Source: Camelus ferus (lineage: Eukaryota). From it: 64,000 bases of DNA. Shown here in pieces: positions 1 to 13,362 of the stretch. Position numbers and translations under genes: made by a program. The notes below the pieces were generated by a model. That model saw only the letters and a program-made list of their open reading frames with translations. It ran no database searches and was not told the DNA's origin. Position 1 is the first letter of the stretch. Every line of letters begins with the position of its first letter. The DNA is taken from contig NC_045697.1 of assembly GCF_009834535.1 (NCBI RefSeq), forward strand, positions 14,572,001-14,636,000, read 5' to 3'.

Positions 1-70
1 TGAATAGACTGATGAGCACAGGAAGCAGCCTGTCAGCGCAGTGTTCTGAAGGCTTGCTGGAAAAGCGAAG
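1..70 (+). other. Candidate exon 3' end (truncated by window edge)
   Basis: Strong donor AAG|GTGAGC at 70/71; only one frame open across 1-70 (NRLMSTGSSLSAQCSEGLLEKR, ATG at 12); no recognisable protein. Confidence 0.25.
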
Positions 71-983
71 GTGAGCCACTCAAAGGAAGGCCGATTTTCT
101 CCACTGACACTGAAGTCACATGCTTTCCCATTTTCTGATTTTGAAACATTTGGTGTTCCCATAATAAGAGGCAGACTTTCCTCTGTCACACTTTCCTCTA
201 GTGGCCACTTGCCATGAACACTTTAAGGGGAACAAGGTCAAACTGGCTATCTTCCAGCAAGGATTAAAATTAATTAAAAACGAATATTGATGTGGGGCTT
301 CAGGACTTAGGGGATTTGGGTTTCTTTGTTGGGTTTTGAAGACAAATTCACTATCAAAACATTGCAGCTGATCCTCTTACAGGAGGGAAAATATTCACAT
401 TTTAAAAGTGTATCTTGGTTTCTACCTACCATTGAGCTTTTAAAAATTGTCTCAGACCTAAAATCAAAGCAGTATTTTCACAGTATAACCATACCCTTCT
501 TTACTGTAATGCTGCTTTAGGCAGGACATATATGAAAAACAAGTTAAAAAAAAAACAGCATACAATCTGCACTTCAGCTTAGCCTTGACCAAATCAAAAT
601 TTGAAGGGACTGAGGACTAATGAATGAGACCTCAGACATCTGAAAATTCAAAAAGAGGACTACAAGGGTGTGGATGGAAATGACTAGAGAGCTTTTCAAA
701 TGCCTTGTCCAAAAACATATGGACTTTTTTGCAAATAACATATTTTTCCCTTTCACCTGTCTTATTATGATTAAGTTTCCTTATGTGATAAGACAAATGC
801 GATTTTTTACTCGAAGTGGACATGAGTTTTGAAGAACATAAAAACCACCATATAAAACTGGACCAAAGTTCTACATATCTTTATTTTCTCAGCTCTTCTC
901 TTCAACCTTTAATCCTCAATACTCTTTTAGCTTCAACCCTATAATTTTTTAGCAAAGATTTCTGATGATGTATATGAATGTCT

Positions 984-1029
984 ATGGATATAAAATAGTG
1001 GGATGGATATAAAATAGTGGGATGGATAT
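984..1029. repeat. Perfect 19-bp tandem duplication (2.4 copies)
   Basis: ATGGATATAAAATAGTGGG x2 followed by ATGGATAT. Confidence 0.95.
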
Positions 1030-2609
1030 TGTCTAGTGAGGATTTCAGATACTGTAAATGAGTATCTGGCATGTTCCAGATAGACTGTTGGCTCTTGGTG
1101 AAAGTAAATGGTTTTATTGGCCTTCTCTTTTGGTCTGTAAATTTCATGAAAAACTGGCTCATTAGCTGGACTCAGCAATCATGATATGCACCCTCTCCAC
1201 TTTCCTCGCTCAAGGATGTATTCTACCACAGATTCCTGAGGCAGGCTCAGACTTAAAAGATTAACTTCATATTTCCAAAGACTAACCATGCAAAGCAATT
1301 TCAAATTAAAGTAATTGAATTTGGATTATGGAGCAAGCAAGCCAGAAGAAGGGCCTTCTCAAATAAGCAACTGTTCATATGTCAAAAACCCCACATCCAG
1401 GAATTACAAACACAAATACACAAATATAATTTCACTCCCTGTACTCTATTTGCTGCTGACCACAGTTGTGTTGCAATCAGTTAGGAACTCATCCTAGGGA
1501 AATGCAAAGAAGCCAGAAATGATCTTTTGATGACGACAAGAAACTAGCTTTTTGGTCTGCACAGTAACTTACAGGAAAACAACTTAAGAGAAAACATGGG
1601 AACATAAGGAGACAGCATGTATACATATCTGGGAGGCAAATAAAATTTATCTAAATGAAACACTGCGAATTTGGTGGCCAACAGCTTCCATGATGAAATC
1701 AGCATGAAGCAGAGGAAGTGCGCATCAGGAGAACTGGGTTTGGTGTTAGACCTGCCTGGTAGCTGCTATGCCCTTATCTATAAAATACACACAAATACCT
1801 AACTTTCTGGGGATGCAGGTGAAAGGATCAGATGAGATGACCCAAGTACAAGCAACCAGCACAACGCTGGGTCAGGCTGCATGCTCAGTCAACATCAATC
1901 TCCATTCTCTGCCTCCCTCCTCTGGACGTATCTTTGGACTGTTCTAGGTCTCAGTTTCCACACCTGTGAGATGGGAACAGCCTCAAAGGTTTCCCTTTGA
2001 TTCTAAAAGAAGGGTCAGAATGTGACCTCACAATGCTACAATTTTGTTGGGGAGAAAATAAAAAAGATATATATATATATATATCATGGCCCTAGAAAGG
2101 AGAGAGGGCAAGAATTTTCCCTAAGAGGAGAAATCGGAGTTCTAAATGACATAAGTGTATAATAACCATGGAGAATGTACTATCTAGACAAATTGATTCA
2201 GCTCATGCCCCATGTTTAAAGGCTTTATTAGGCTACCTGGAGGAACAGTCAATGTATTTCTGTATTCTGTTTACATTGTAGAGATTAGTAAGCACTTACT
2301 GGAGGTGTTCTAAGCACCAAGAATGAGCCAGATTGTCAGGAAAGAAAGTTATCTTGACCTGTAACAGCACAGCAGTCTCTGTCATCCTCAGATTTACCTA
2401 ATGTGGGAAGAGATTCTTATTTAACTAATTCCATTAAAATAAAATAATACAGTGGATTGTTACATAGAGATAAGCAATGTTTTTTAAAAGTATGTTTTAT
2501 TTTGTACTTGTTTTTTTAATACAGAGTAGAATAAGAAAGTAGAGCCAATGTTTTTTGGAAGCCTGATATGTGCCAGACATTGCTAGATTTTTTCAGGTAA
2601 ATGATTATA

Positions 2610-2780
2610 TCAAAAATAACCATTTATGTGTCAAGGATTGTGCCAAGTGTTTTGCATGCACCGTTTCCTTTAATTCTCATACTCGTAGGAGGAAACGGAG
2701 GCACAGAAAGGGTAACTTGCTGAAGATGGCCAAAACTCAAATCCAGTGGGCACAAAATCCATCACTGCTGTACTATGTCG
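2610..2780 (-). mobile_element. MIR SINE fragment
   Basis: gaggaaacggaggcacagaaagggtaacttgctgaag matches the reverse MIR core. Confidence 0.7.
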
Positions 2781-3764
2781 TCCAGAACACTTATTAAAAC
2801 TTCCAACAAAATGTCACTGGTTTCCATTGGATGGATTAAGATTATAGCTGAGTTAGATCAATTACATGTCTTATAATTCAGGAGCAGAAATTCTTCTCCA
2901 GGATCCTGGCAGATATGACCTCCATAAACATCTGCTGAAAATGTTATGACAGCCCTGTCCACAGCTGTATGATTTTAGCAGAGACTCTCATGGAACCCAC
3001 AGCATCTCCTGGAAGGGGCAGTTGCCAGCTTCCTGCTCACTTAGCTCTCTTGTCTCCCCAAAAATCTGTCTCCCATCATTGCTGTAAGCTTCTTGTTGGA
3101 ATTCTCCAGTAAATGATCTCATTGCTTCAATCTTCTCACCAGTAATTACTTCCTAAATAAACTGCACCTGTATTTCATCCCATCTTCTGTTGAAAGAAAT
3201 GCAGGCTTGCCCCCAGATGTCCCCACGGCAAGAACTCTAACCCTCTAAACTGCCAATATTGACCTCCAAATCCACTTGCCAGGACACATCCTGTTCTCCT
3301 TCTGGGACCTTTCCTCTGCCTTCTTGTTCACTCCTTTCTCTATTACTTAAGTCGCTTTGATGAGTCTGTGGGTTTCTCACGTCCTGGGTAATCTCTTCCC
3401 TCTCCTTGACACTGCTGAATGATCCTTACACAGTTAGGGATTAGATCTGGGACCATCTGTTCTTTCACCTGACTGGTATTCACCTTTAAAACATCGGGGT
3501 AATCATCACAAAGCACACTTCCTGGGTCTGTGATGAGGAAGGGAGTTTGAACAGGTACACAGATCTAAGACATCCTCGTTGTTCCTTATGGGATTTGTGT
3601 ATTTTCCAACAAAGGGGATGCATATTTTTTGCTTTCACTTTTATTCTGAGAAGAGCACTTTATTTTATTTCATGCTCCTCTATGAATAAGAGACCTATAG
3701 TGCATCCTTCCCTCTTTTATTTTTGCAAATTGGTAAGTTCTAGATTTAGCTGTAAAGAAGGAAG

Positions 3765-4296
3765 TGAAGCGTAGCAGAACGTGCCACCCCAAAATACACC
3801 ACTTTGGCATAAGGATTTTTTTTTTGAGCTGAAGGCAACTGAGAAGAAGCAGATACAAGTAAAGTTCTTTGCCCTTTTCCTATTTACCTAAAAGCAGGAC
3901 ATACATTGTCAAAAGTGTTCCTCCTTCCCTCTCTACTAGGGAGAATGAAAGTTAATCACTGGAGACAAATTTTTACCCTACCAGCCAGGAGACTGCACCA
4001 GAGGTATGTATAAAACAAACTTTACTAACTAGCTTGTCTCTGCCCTTGGGAGCCTAAAACTGCTTCCCTCTGCCCTGTTCTCTCTCCACAAGTATATTGT
4101 TCTTTGTTAAGGATGCTGTATAAGCTAAGCGACCTCTTCGAATTTCTCATTTTTCCCTGGTTATCTCCCATGTATGCATGAAGTAAATGTTAATAAACTT
4201 CCGCTTGCTCTCCTCTGGTTGACCCATCTTTTATCACAGGGATTTCAGCTAAGAACTCAGAAGGTTAGAGGGGAAATTATGCTTTCCTCTCCTACA
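3765..4296 (+). mobile_element. ERV1 solo LTR (MER34/MER39-like)
   Basis: TG...CA ends; gccaccccaaaatacaccactttggcataaggattt...gagctgaaggc 5' motif; AATAAA near 4192; flanks GAAG/CAAG resemble a 4-bp TSD. Confidence 0.8.
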
Positions 4297-4892
4297 CAAG
4301 CCTCTCTTTTTGTCTCTCAGTGGAGTTTTCCAGGCTTCCAGGAGTGTGTGTTCACCATGTCTGTCTGTATCTCACTTCCACTAATGTCTCCTATGAACGG
4401 ACATCCTATCTAATTGTCCCTCTCCATGTCCTCTGTACAACTCCACAGCCTGGCAGCCTTGGCCTTGGCACCTCTTCCTGTTCCCCGTGTATAGATTTTT
4501 GGACCTCTTCCTTAGTTAATGAGGAAGTTAAGACAACTGTATTTCCTCATCAGTGTCCTCCCCCTCCACTGGGGAGCCTTTTATGATAACTCCAGTCATC
4601 ACTGATCAAGCAACTCAACAGGATTATTCATTAGTCCATCCTGGACTCTAATTGCCTGTATTACATAATTAAGTATCGTATACACACAACATCATCACAC
4701 TGAATTGTCATTGCCTAGGGAAAATTAATGCCTGAAAATGTTCTTGATAGATCGAATGGCTCACGAGAAAAATAATGTGTTCAACTATAGAAAGCACATA
4801 GACATGGTAGGTGCCCAGGTGAAAATGGCACAGAAAGGTGACTAAAAGATAATATGACATTGTGTATTTCTAACAACAGCAAGAAATAGAAA

Positions 4893-5537
4893 ATGTCAAT
4901 TCTCACTATTTGTCATAGTTATGTTCTATAAAATTGTTATGAACACTGAATTAGCAAATATTGAACCACAGCTCTAAGGGAAATAGAGGGATGGGGTCCT
5001 GTGAGCCTCTAGTCACAAGATTTTCATCAACCAATCAATACATAACCTTGTTTTATGTGCATTTCTATTTTAAGTTACCTTATTTAATATATGCGGTTAA
5101 CTCACTGACATTGAGTTCATAGCCAACAACACTGTAACTCATATCTAAATAAAGTTTACCTAACACACGTATTTTCTCCGTAAGGGACCTCACAATCTTC
5201 TAAAGCACAGGGAGACTAGACAGCACCCCAGCACTGTGCATGGGGACCACCTTAAAGAGTGGAATCACCAACAAAAAGCACAAAAATATGAAAAATGTGA
5301 AGGTAAACAGATGGAGAAAAGGACACTGGTTTACAATGTGAGCATGGAAACAAGAAGTCAGAGCATCACCTTGTTCAGTCTTAGCTGGGAATGTGTGCAC
5401 CAGACTCCAAGTTTCCCACACTTCGCGGATGTCCACAATGACCATGGAAGTGCCATGAGTCTTGACGCTGGGGTTACAAATACAATTTACCAAGTAAATG
5501 AGTTTGCAAATACGGAATAGGTGAAGACTGAGCACTG
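4893..5537 (+). mobile_element. MER82-like TcMar-Tigger DNA transposon, near full length
   Basis: Colinear with recalled MER82 consensus: gttatgttctataaa...gaacactgaattagcaaata...caccaacaaaaagcacaaaaatatgaaaaa...ggggttacaaata...gcaaatacggaat. Confidence 0.85.
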
Positions 5538-5976
5538 GTTACATGTATAAAGAAAAAAATGGAAGGGATTTTAATTTTTTTAAAAATAACTTTTGCTGTC
5601 TTTTAAATTGTTATTATTGAATACACTACTTTAATACACACAGAAGGAATACATGTTCTAAAAGTTTAAGTCAGCCACGTTAGTTTTGTCATCTAAATTT
5701 CAAAAGCAGGGAGGGAAAATCCTGCTCTCAGAGATTACCAATAAAGTTCTTTTTCCAGGTGATGTAGGGAAAAGGTCAGAAGTGGACTCAGACCTCTGGT
5801 CACATTATGCTTCCACCACCTACAACCATACAGCTTTTGACAAGCCACACAGCTAGCTGAGTTCTAGTTTCCTTAACTTCGTGTGAGGTCTTTCCCTCTT
5901 GGAATTGTCCCTCAATGCATTGCATTTCTTCTCTTTACTGAAGGGTTTTTGAAGTTCATGTCTGCGTGTCCTAGCA

Positions 5977-6127
5977 CAGTGCTTCTCCAGTTTCAGTGGC
6001 ACACAAGTCCCGTGGGGATCATGATAAAATGCAGACTGATTCAGCAGGTCTGGGTGGGGCCTCAGATTCTGCATTTCCAACAAGCTCTCAGATGCTGCTG
6101 ATTCACGGACCATACTTTAATTAGCAA
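5977..6127. mobile_element. MER5A-like hAT-Charlie MITE
   Basis: cagtgcttctc...aaaatgcagactgattcagcaggtctgggtggggc...attctgcatttccaacaagctc. Confidence 0.85.
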
Positions 6128-7819
6128 AACCCTAGAACATTTCAGATGACTTCTAAACTCCATCATCTGCTTTGTCTCAAAATATTTCACTTCTTCTATT
6201 TTTCACTAGTTTTACTTACTGGCCAAAGCTCTGATTCTCAAGTATAACAAGCCCCACGCAATTAAAGGGAGAATCATAGCCCAAAATTGCTGGCAATACT
6301 TTTGGTTTCTCTATGCTACTCTCCTTTTGGTTCCACTGAGCATGGACTGTATATACGTTTAGATGAATGGCACATTTAAGACCTATGCTTAGATAATATA
6401 GCTGACGTGAAGTCATAGCTCTTGAATGCATATTTTAATTATTAGGGAAATGCAATTGTGGAAGAATGGAGAAACCTGAAGAGAAAAATCATATAAACAA
6501 TGAATTAAAAACACCATTTGCCTTTCAAATAGAAATAATATCTGCCATTTATTAAGCACTTCCCATGTGCTAGGCATATCATTACATGAGTAATGAAATA
6601 CTCTAGGAATGAGTGATTGATTATTTGAGTAATTGGATAAACTCAGACAGTTATTGCCTTTGTTTTGTGCTATATGACATCGCTGGATTTTTTTCAATGA
6701 CTGTAAAGTGGTAGGCATTTAAATAGAAGAACGCGGAATTTTAATTTGATATGTTTGACAACATGTTTGATGAGACTGTCACAATGACAGCAAATTTTCA
6801 AAGCATTTATTGGGAGTACCTGTGCTGACTGAAATTCAAAAGGGGGTCAGAAAGGTTTCATTCACACTGACCTATTCTGAATGCAATGCAGAGGAAAAAA
6901 CATAATACGACAAGGAATTGCCAGGATTCCTAGTAAGAAAACTCTGTTGTTCAATCTGTGCTGAGGAATGAGGAGAATCACGAATAGAAAATGATCGGGC
7001 GTATTTAGAAGATCCCAAGTGGACCTAGTAGAGCAAAAGAACAAAGCCCTGAACACCAGGACAGAGAAGGGCTGAACCACCGAAATCTCTTAAAGTTCTT
7101 ACTGTTTTGCAGAAATATATAATAAAATGTGGATCTTCACTTCTTACTCAATTTTTGTCCTGGCTTTGAAGATGTAAGTTCTTTATGCATTGACATTTCT
7201 GTTTTGAGTTTCAAATGCAGAGTGGTAAACAGAGCAGAAGGTAGGATCTAGACTTTCAAATTAAGTCAGGATATTCTGTTTGAAAAGTGAGAGATCTTTG
7301 AGGGAGAGAGCTACTGGCTGATTTATTAAAGATAAAATTTATATATCTATTTTTATTGAAACCTGTTCTAAGATGAGATCTACTGTATTCTGCCACTGTA
7401 AGGACATGAGCACTAAAGAACAAAGCATAAAAGGCACAATCTTAGGACTGTCGCTTTCTCCACCTGTGGAAGTATCTGCATGGGTTCTTATTAATATTAT
7501 TATATTATAAAACTTAATAACATAAAGCTCCAATGGTTTTAGAATAGTTTCTCTTCTCACTGATGAAATGCATATTGTCTCCATCATTATATTAAAATTT
7601 ATTTAGTGCTTTGTGGCATCTCTTTTTCCAAGGCTTTCCTTGCCAATACATTAACTTATCTCATCATGATTTTATTTTCTCTTATCATCTACTACAAGAC
7701 TTTGAGCATAACGATGAGGGCGATGGTATGAGATTCTTGGACTCCTCCACAGTGCTCATCACACAATGATTGGCGTAGTCTCATGAGTGCCAGTCTACAT
7801 CATTAATTATAATAAAATG

Positions 7820-8020
7820 ATAGTTACCATTTTATTGAGAATCCCCTATAGGACAGACATTCTGATGTATAATTGATACTTCTTACCACAACCCATCTAA
7901 GGCAGTATCATTATTCCCTTTTGGACACATGAGGAAATAGAATCTCGGAGAGCTTAACAGCGAGTCTCATATCACAGAAATAGTAAACAAAAGAGCCTGG
8001 TTTTCTCTGGCTCCAAACAT
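7820..8020 (-). mobile_element. MIR SINE fragment
   Basis: attattccctttt...atgaggaaatagaatctcggagag...tcacagaaatagtaa matches reverse MIR. Confidence 0.65.
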
Positions 8021-8565
8021 ACCCACCATCACCATCAGTGCTGAACAAGCATCTATCTAAGAAAACAGTATTTGACAAGTCATAGTGCTGACTACCTGCT
8101 GTTTTCAGTCTGCTCTTCTGTCAATCCACTTTAATTCCACATGCCAAAATAATTGCCAAATGTTACTGTAAAGCCACCCCCATATCGAAAAGTGTGGGAG
8201 CAGTTTCCAAATGTATTTGCTAAAAAAATTCTAGCCTACATAGTCTGGCTTTTAAGATCCTACTTATCAGCTAATTCCAACACCATCATTTCCTATTCTC
8301 CTTTAAAGCCCAACAGACCACCTTTTAAAAATGCTAATATAAAATGTATTCAAATATGAAGGACATCTGAAACTCTCCAGTATATACAAGAGGCAATGTG
8401 GTGCGGTGGGAAAAGTCTAGGACTGGGTTTGAAAATTCTAGAACATTTTAATAGCAACATTTCTTAATTCTTGCCCTAACCAAAACGTCCACAACTGTAG
8501 TCCTAGGTCCACTGTCATTCTGTACTCCTTTACCTCAGTTACTTTCCTTCATAGCATTACTTACA

Positions 8566-8870
8566 TGCATCAGTCAGGTTAAGTAATGCTGCATTATTCT
8601 GTGCTAATAAGCAAACCCTACATCTCAGTGGGTTATCACAACAAAGGGTTTTGTTTGCTCCCACCAAGTGTGATGCGGCTCAGCTGTCTCTTCTCCACCT
8701 TGTTGCTGTATGACCTGGCACATGTCAACGCTCAAGACAGAAGGACTAGAAGAGATGAAAGAGGCACGTGACCTTTTAACTGGCTTGGCCTGAAAGGGAC
8801 ACACATCGCTTTTGTTCTGGGAAATGCAGAGGAGCTCCTGTGTGTCTTGTGCACACTATCATTGCCACAC
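8566..8870 (-). mobile_element. Old MaLR LTR (MLT1-type) inside L2-derived sequence
   Basis: catctcagtgggttatcacaacaaagggttttgtttgctc motif; L2 3' end resumes at ~8870-9040 (gggcactcaataagcaattg). Confidence 0.55.
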
Positions 8871-9046
8871 TACCTGACAGCCACGTTTATAGTTATTTCC
8901 GGTTCTCCTCTCTCTCCTCTCTTATAGAAAATCCTGTCATATGGTCATCAGTTTTGTTTTATTTGCCATGGTAACCAGATCAAGTAGAACAGTGGGTGGT
9001 GTACAGTGGGCACTCAATAAGCAATTGTCAAATTAAAGAATACTCA

Positions 9047-9522
9047 TGATTGATTAAAGACCACAAATTGCTGGATGCTTCTTTTGTTGAGAAGTGGAGT
9101 CTATGTCCTCTGCCCTTGAATCTGGGCTGGCCTATGATAACTTTGACCAGTACTTTATGGTGGAAATAATACTGTGAGCTCAGGGCTAGCCTGTAAGAGA
9201 GCTGGCGGTTTTCACTGTCTTCCTAGCAGAGCCCTACAACACTGTGTAAGGTGTCTGACCTTCCTGAGGCAGCCATGCTTGAGGAGGCACAAGCTAGCCA
9301 TTTGCAGAGGCTGCACAGAGGAAGAGAGAGAGATGTCCAAGCAGCCCCCCAGCTCTTCCAGCACCTTTTGGTTATCCAGCTGAGGTCACAAACATTGTGA
9401 AACAGAGACACATCAACCCTGTCCAAGTCTTTGGTTTATGAAATAGTGTGTAATAACGATGAATTGTTCTTTGAAGCGCTACGTTTGGGGTTGGTTTGCT
9501 ATACAGTAATAGGTAGCTGGAC
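9047..9522 (+). mobile_element. MaLR LTR (MLT1H-like)
   Basis: gagaagtggagtctatgtcctctgcccttgaatctgggctggcc...gtttggggttggtttgctatacagtaataggtagctgg. Confidence 0.8.
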
Positions 9523-10311
9523 TCATCCTTCTCGGTGACTGACTTTTGCCTGGTCAATCCCCATGCCTACAGTCAGTCCTAACGCATGCATTATCTCTCA
9601 GGGCCCAGGGCCCAATACTTTACAGAGATGTTAACGCTTTCATGTTAGTGTACAAATGATTCTTTTCTGAGAAGCCTTTACCTTCTCTCTGGTCTGATTT
9701 TGAGGACTGTCTTCTTTTGATGTAATCTGGCTCTATATGTGTGCATCTCCCATAGCACAGGACACCTGATCATTTCTGTATATTTATTCTTTATTTGCTG
9801 TGATCTGCATGGCAGTATGCAGTGCACGTTCTCAGGGCATCTAGTTATTCCTCATCCTTTATCTTCCACTCAAGGAAACAATTTGAAACACAAGTGAATG
9901 AGAGTGATACTCTTTAAAGGATACTTTTAAATCCATTTCCATGTATTAGAAACACTTTTAAAAGCCTGTCATTCACATTAACTATTATTACTTAAGATTT
10001 ACTTGTGGGCACGCTTTGTAACTGAACACCGTTCATCTCACAGGTCATCTTGACTTCCCCACTCGTCCAGCAACCAGAGGTGACAGTAGCTGATTTAATA
10101 TACGCATATATTTAAAGCATTTCTGTTCCTAATAGTTGTAAACCCTTAAGGACACCCTGAGTCAAAATTATCAGTTGAGGTAACCAGCAAATATTCATAT
10201 TTATGCATAAAAGTGAATAAATGAAAACAAAATTGAAATGCCATCTAAAGCTGAAAATAAATATTTAGGAAATATTCCTAAATCTCTCTGTCTCTCTTTT
10301 TTCACTTTCAG

Positions 10312-10322
10312 ATCATTTGTGG
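10312..10322 (+). other. Candidate 11-nt microexon ATCATTTGTGG
   Basis: Long pyrimidine tract tctctctgtctctcttttttcactttcAG, branch-like cctaa upstream, then GG|GTAAGTA donor. Confidence 0.4.
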
Positions 10323-11397
10323 GTAAGTACAATTGTGTGTGTGGTACAACTGTAATAAAATTATACTGGCAATATAAAAGGATCAAATTATGGTGGTACT
10401 GTTTTAAACCTTCTTTAAGAAGGTTTAAAGAATAATCAGATATTGCAAAATGTGGTCATAATTGCAATTTGATTTAAATTAACATGAAATAATTAGGGAA
10501 AAATTTCACCTCTCTGTCCCAAGTCAATGGTTCTATGGCTCTTTGGTTACAAGGCAAAAAAGGTAAATACTTATCTAGTATGTTAGATACTAAGATGTTA
10601 AGTAAGTTTGGAAAAATTGTATCAAAACAAAATTCTCTTCGGAAGAGACTGAAACAAAGAGATCATATCAAGCAAGAACCATGTATTTCCTGGAATATTC
10701 TTAAAATAGAAATCTATCTTACAAACTAAACAAAACATACATTGTTGCATACTTCTATAATCCCTTTACAAAAATGTGGCAATATGGCATTAAGGCAAAT
10801 ACGGTAGTTCAACCAGCCAAGTAAACACTGAATAAGAATTAGGAGTGATGACAGCATTATCAGATATTTTCCTTTGGTTGATCACTCAGGTTCAAAAATA
10901 CCAAATTTATCTCAAGACATCCTGATTAGACAAAGCTACTTGGTAAATTGAGCAGTTGGAGATCAGAAGCATGCATCCAATTAAGAATGTCATTGAGTGT
11001 TTTTCATCTGCTGACCTCTTCTGTTTTCTGTAATTTAGTTCACATTCAGCACCTCATTGAAGAGAGTTATGTGCAAACTCAGTTCATTCTCTAAGATCTG
11101 CTCGAATGCCACCTATTTCGAAAATGGCTCCTGAAGTTCCTTTCTAGAACAACTCTTCTCCTAAAGCTGCCATACATAGCACGCATGAGGAATTCTGGGG
11201 TTTCCCCTGTGAATTGCAATTATTTCCAGACGTTAGCACCTCTGCCAGCCTGGAAGCTCCTCAAGGAACAGAGCACATGTTTTATTCACGCTGGCTCCTC
11301 TGTGGGGCACAGCTCTTGGACCGCACTTCTTTGAACACCAAATGCAAAAAGTGTCATTTTTCTTTCACTTATTTTTCACATCCATCTTCTTTTCTAG

Positions 11398-11449
11398 CTG
11401 TTTGCAAGACATTAATTGTGTTAAAGAGAATATGTTTAAATTCTGATAG
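11398..11449 (+). other. Candidate 52-nt exon
   Basis: ~40-nt pyrimidine-rich tract ending ttttctAG; donor TAG|GTAAGT. Confidence 0.35.
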
Positions 11450-12469
11450 GTAAGTGAGATAAATGAGAAGCCCATGAATAAATAGGAGAAAAAAATCTTT
11501 TCTCCTGTCATATCTGTTGTATCTTTCATTTATTTGAATTTTCAGCTCCTTTTTTTAATGATTGACAGATTTTTTTTTAAACTAAAAATGGTGATTAAAT
11601 TTTCCTTCAATACATGTTACTACATGCTTGTCACTAGGTGATAGAGCTGAGAAATCAGATTGTAGAAAGAAAAAACTCATTGCTTTCAATCACAAAATAC
11701 AAGTATAGATGTTGTCCAGATACTATTTAGTTCCTTGTTTTTTATTCTACACGTAATGGAAATGTTTGATAATTCTCAGAATAGCAGTAAGAACAAAGCA
11801 ATACTTCCATTGAGTTTTGAAATCCTTTTGACCCTAAAATGTGACTTTAATTACAATTTTAAAATTATTAAAGAAATTATTGAGTTCCTACTAAAATTTG
11901 AGAGTGCAGCATATTGCAGGAGATGCGTGGAAGATTAAGACTAATTTGGCTCCAAAAATCTTCCAGTTTAATATCAGTGGTAAGGGGTTTGACAAAGGTA
12001 CACTACCACTGCTTGACAATGTGATAAGCTAAGATTTAGGTCACAAAACAGAAGCAAGTTTCAAACAGAAAATAAATTTCTGCTGTAGGGAAGACTCGCT
12101 CTGGAGCACAGATTGGCAATGCAGCATTGCTGGGATTTCAGACTATCTTGGATATTCCATGACAGAGGTACAACTTCAGTACATTGGAGTTTGAAAATAG
12201 AGGGAACATCAGTCAGACTCTATTCCTCCATATCTCGTATCACAAATTTCTCCTTTCTAAAATTAAAATTGTCATCATATCTCCTCCCACCCATAGCCCT
12301 TACATTTTAGAGAAATCTTCTATTTTCCAAGTGTTTGGAATTGAGAGTCTTGCTTGTACGCCTTGCTGAGAATTCCAAATGCCCTCAGCTTACCCTTTAA
12401 ATCTTTTGATCATATCCTTGAACAAAATGACTTTAATCTACAATTTGTATATACAAGCAAACTACCAAG

Positions 12470-12608
12470 GAAGGGTCTTTCCAAGAACCCCCTGAACTTT
12501 CTGAAATTGTATGCAAAATTGCATATAAATTTTTCTACGATTAGGGTCCATGACTTGTGTAAAATGCTCAGATGGAGTCCCTGGCCCTCTGCATTTGAGA
12601 ACTTCTGT
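12470..12608. mobile_element. hAT-Charlie-type MITE fragment
   Basis: gaaattgtatgcaaaatt...agggtccatgactt...ctcag...tttgagaacttctg, typical of Charlie non-autonomous elements. Confidence 0.55.
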
Positions 12609-13049
12609 TGCGTATAGGCCAAGGAGAATATGTTTTTTAAAATACTGTGAAGTCGCAGCACTTAAGATTTGTAAACTACGCAGAAGAATTTCCTGGAGGT
12701 AGTTGGTCACCCAGAAGAGGGACCACAGAATCACTCCTTGTACAAGGCATTCGTTACTGAACAACTCCTCATCCCTTGGCGGATCTTCAGCATGGAGTGA
12801 AAAGTCTAACTTCTCCACATGGTGACGCTTCCTGCACCTCCTCTGTCTCTCTCAGGCTTAACAGGATCTTTTGTCGACTTAAATCAGAGTCACATGCAGA
12901 GCTCCAATGATTTCTGACTTGGCATTGTGAGTTGCTGGGACAGCTGCAAACTTCTGGGGCTGGAAGAGTTAAAGGCTCGTGGTGATTCAAGGTGCGTGTG
13001 CCAGAGACAGAGGTGGGGAGAGATCTGATCTCAAATTATATCCTCATCA

Positions 13050-13362
13050 GACCTCTCCAACTGCCAGGGGCCAGACAGATCAACATAACTGAGTGAAAGG
13101 ATCCAGTGGGGTCAAAGGTAAACAAGAGGAGGGGGGCCTAGGCTGCTGCTTCTTCATTCCCACTGATAGCACTGATTGGACTAGAGGGTAATGTTGTTAA
13201 ATCACAGAATTTTTGTGAAAAGCTGAGAATCTGGATTTGCGTGTGAAATTTTCCAAGGTGTATGTGTTGATAACTAAATTGGAACATTTTAAAGCATACA
13301 GAACAAAGATAAAACATCCCATAGCTGATACAGGGTCTAGAGACCTAAGTTTGCCAAATCGC
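13050..13362. mobile_element. hAT-Charlie-type MITE fragment
   Basis: gaatctggatttgcgtgtgaaatttt...tgttgataactaaatt...aaaacatc...agtttgc. Confidence 0.45.

Noticed and set aside
193..207. CTCF-like TTCCTCTAGTGGCCA
   Set aside because: Lacks the informative GC of GCCCTCTAGTGG; a partial match is expected by chance
5200..5535. Overlapping 94-aa and 111-aa ORFs
   Set aside because: Lie inside the non-autonomous MER82-like element
12462..12818. 118-aa minus-strand ORF
   Set aside because: Non-ATG start, runs into a hAT MITE, no recognisable domain
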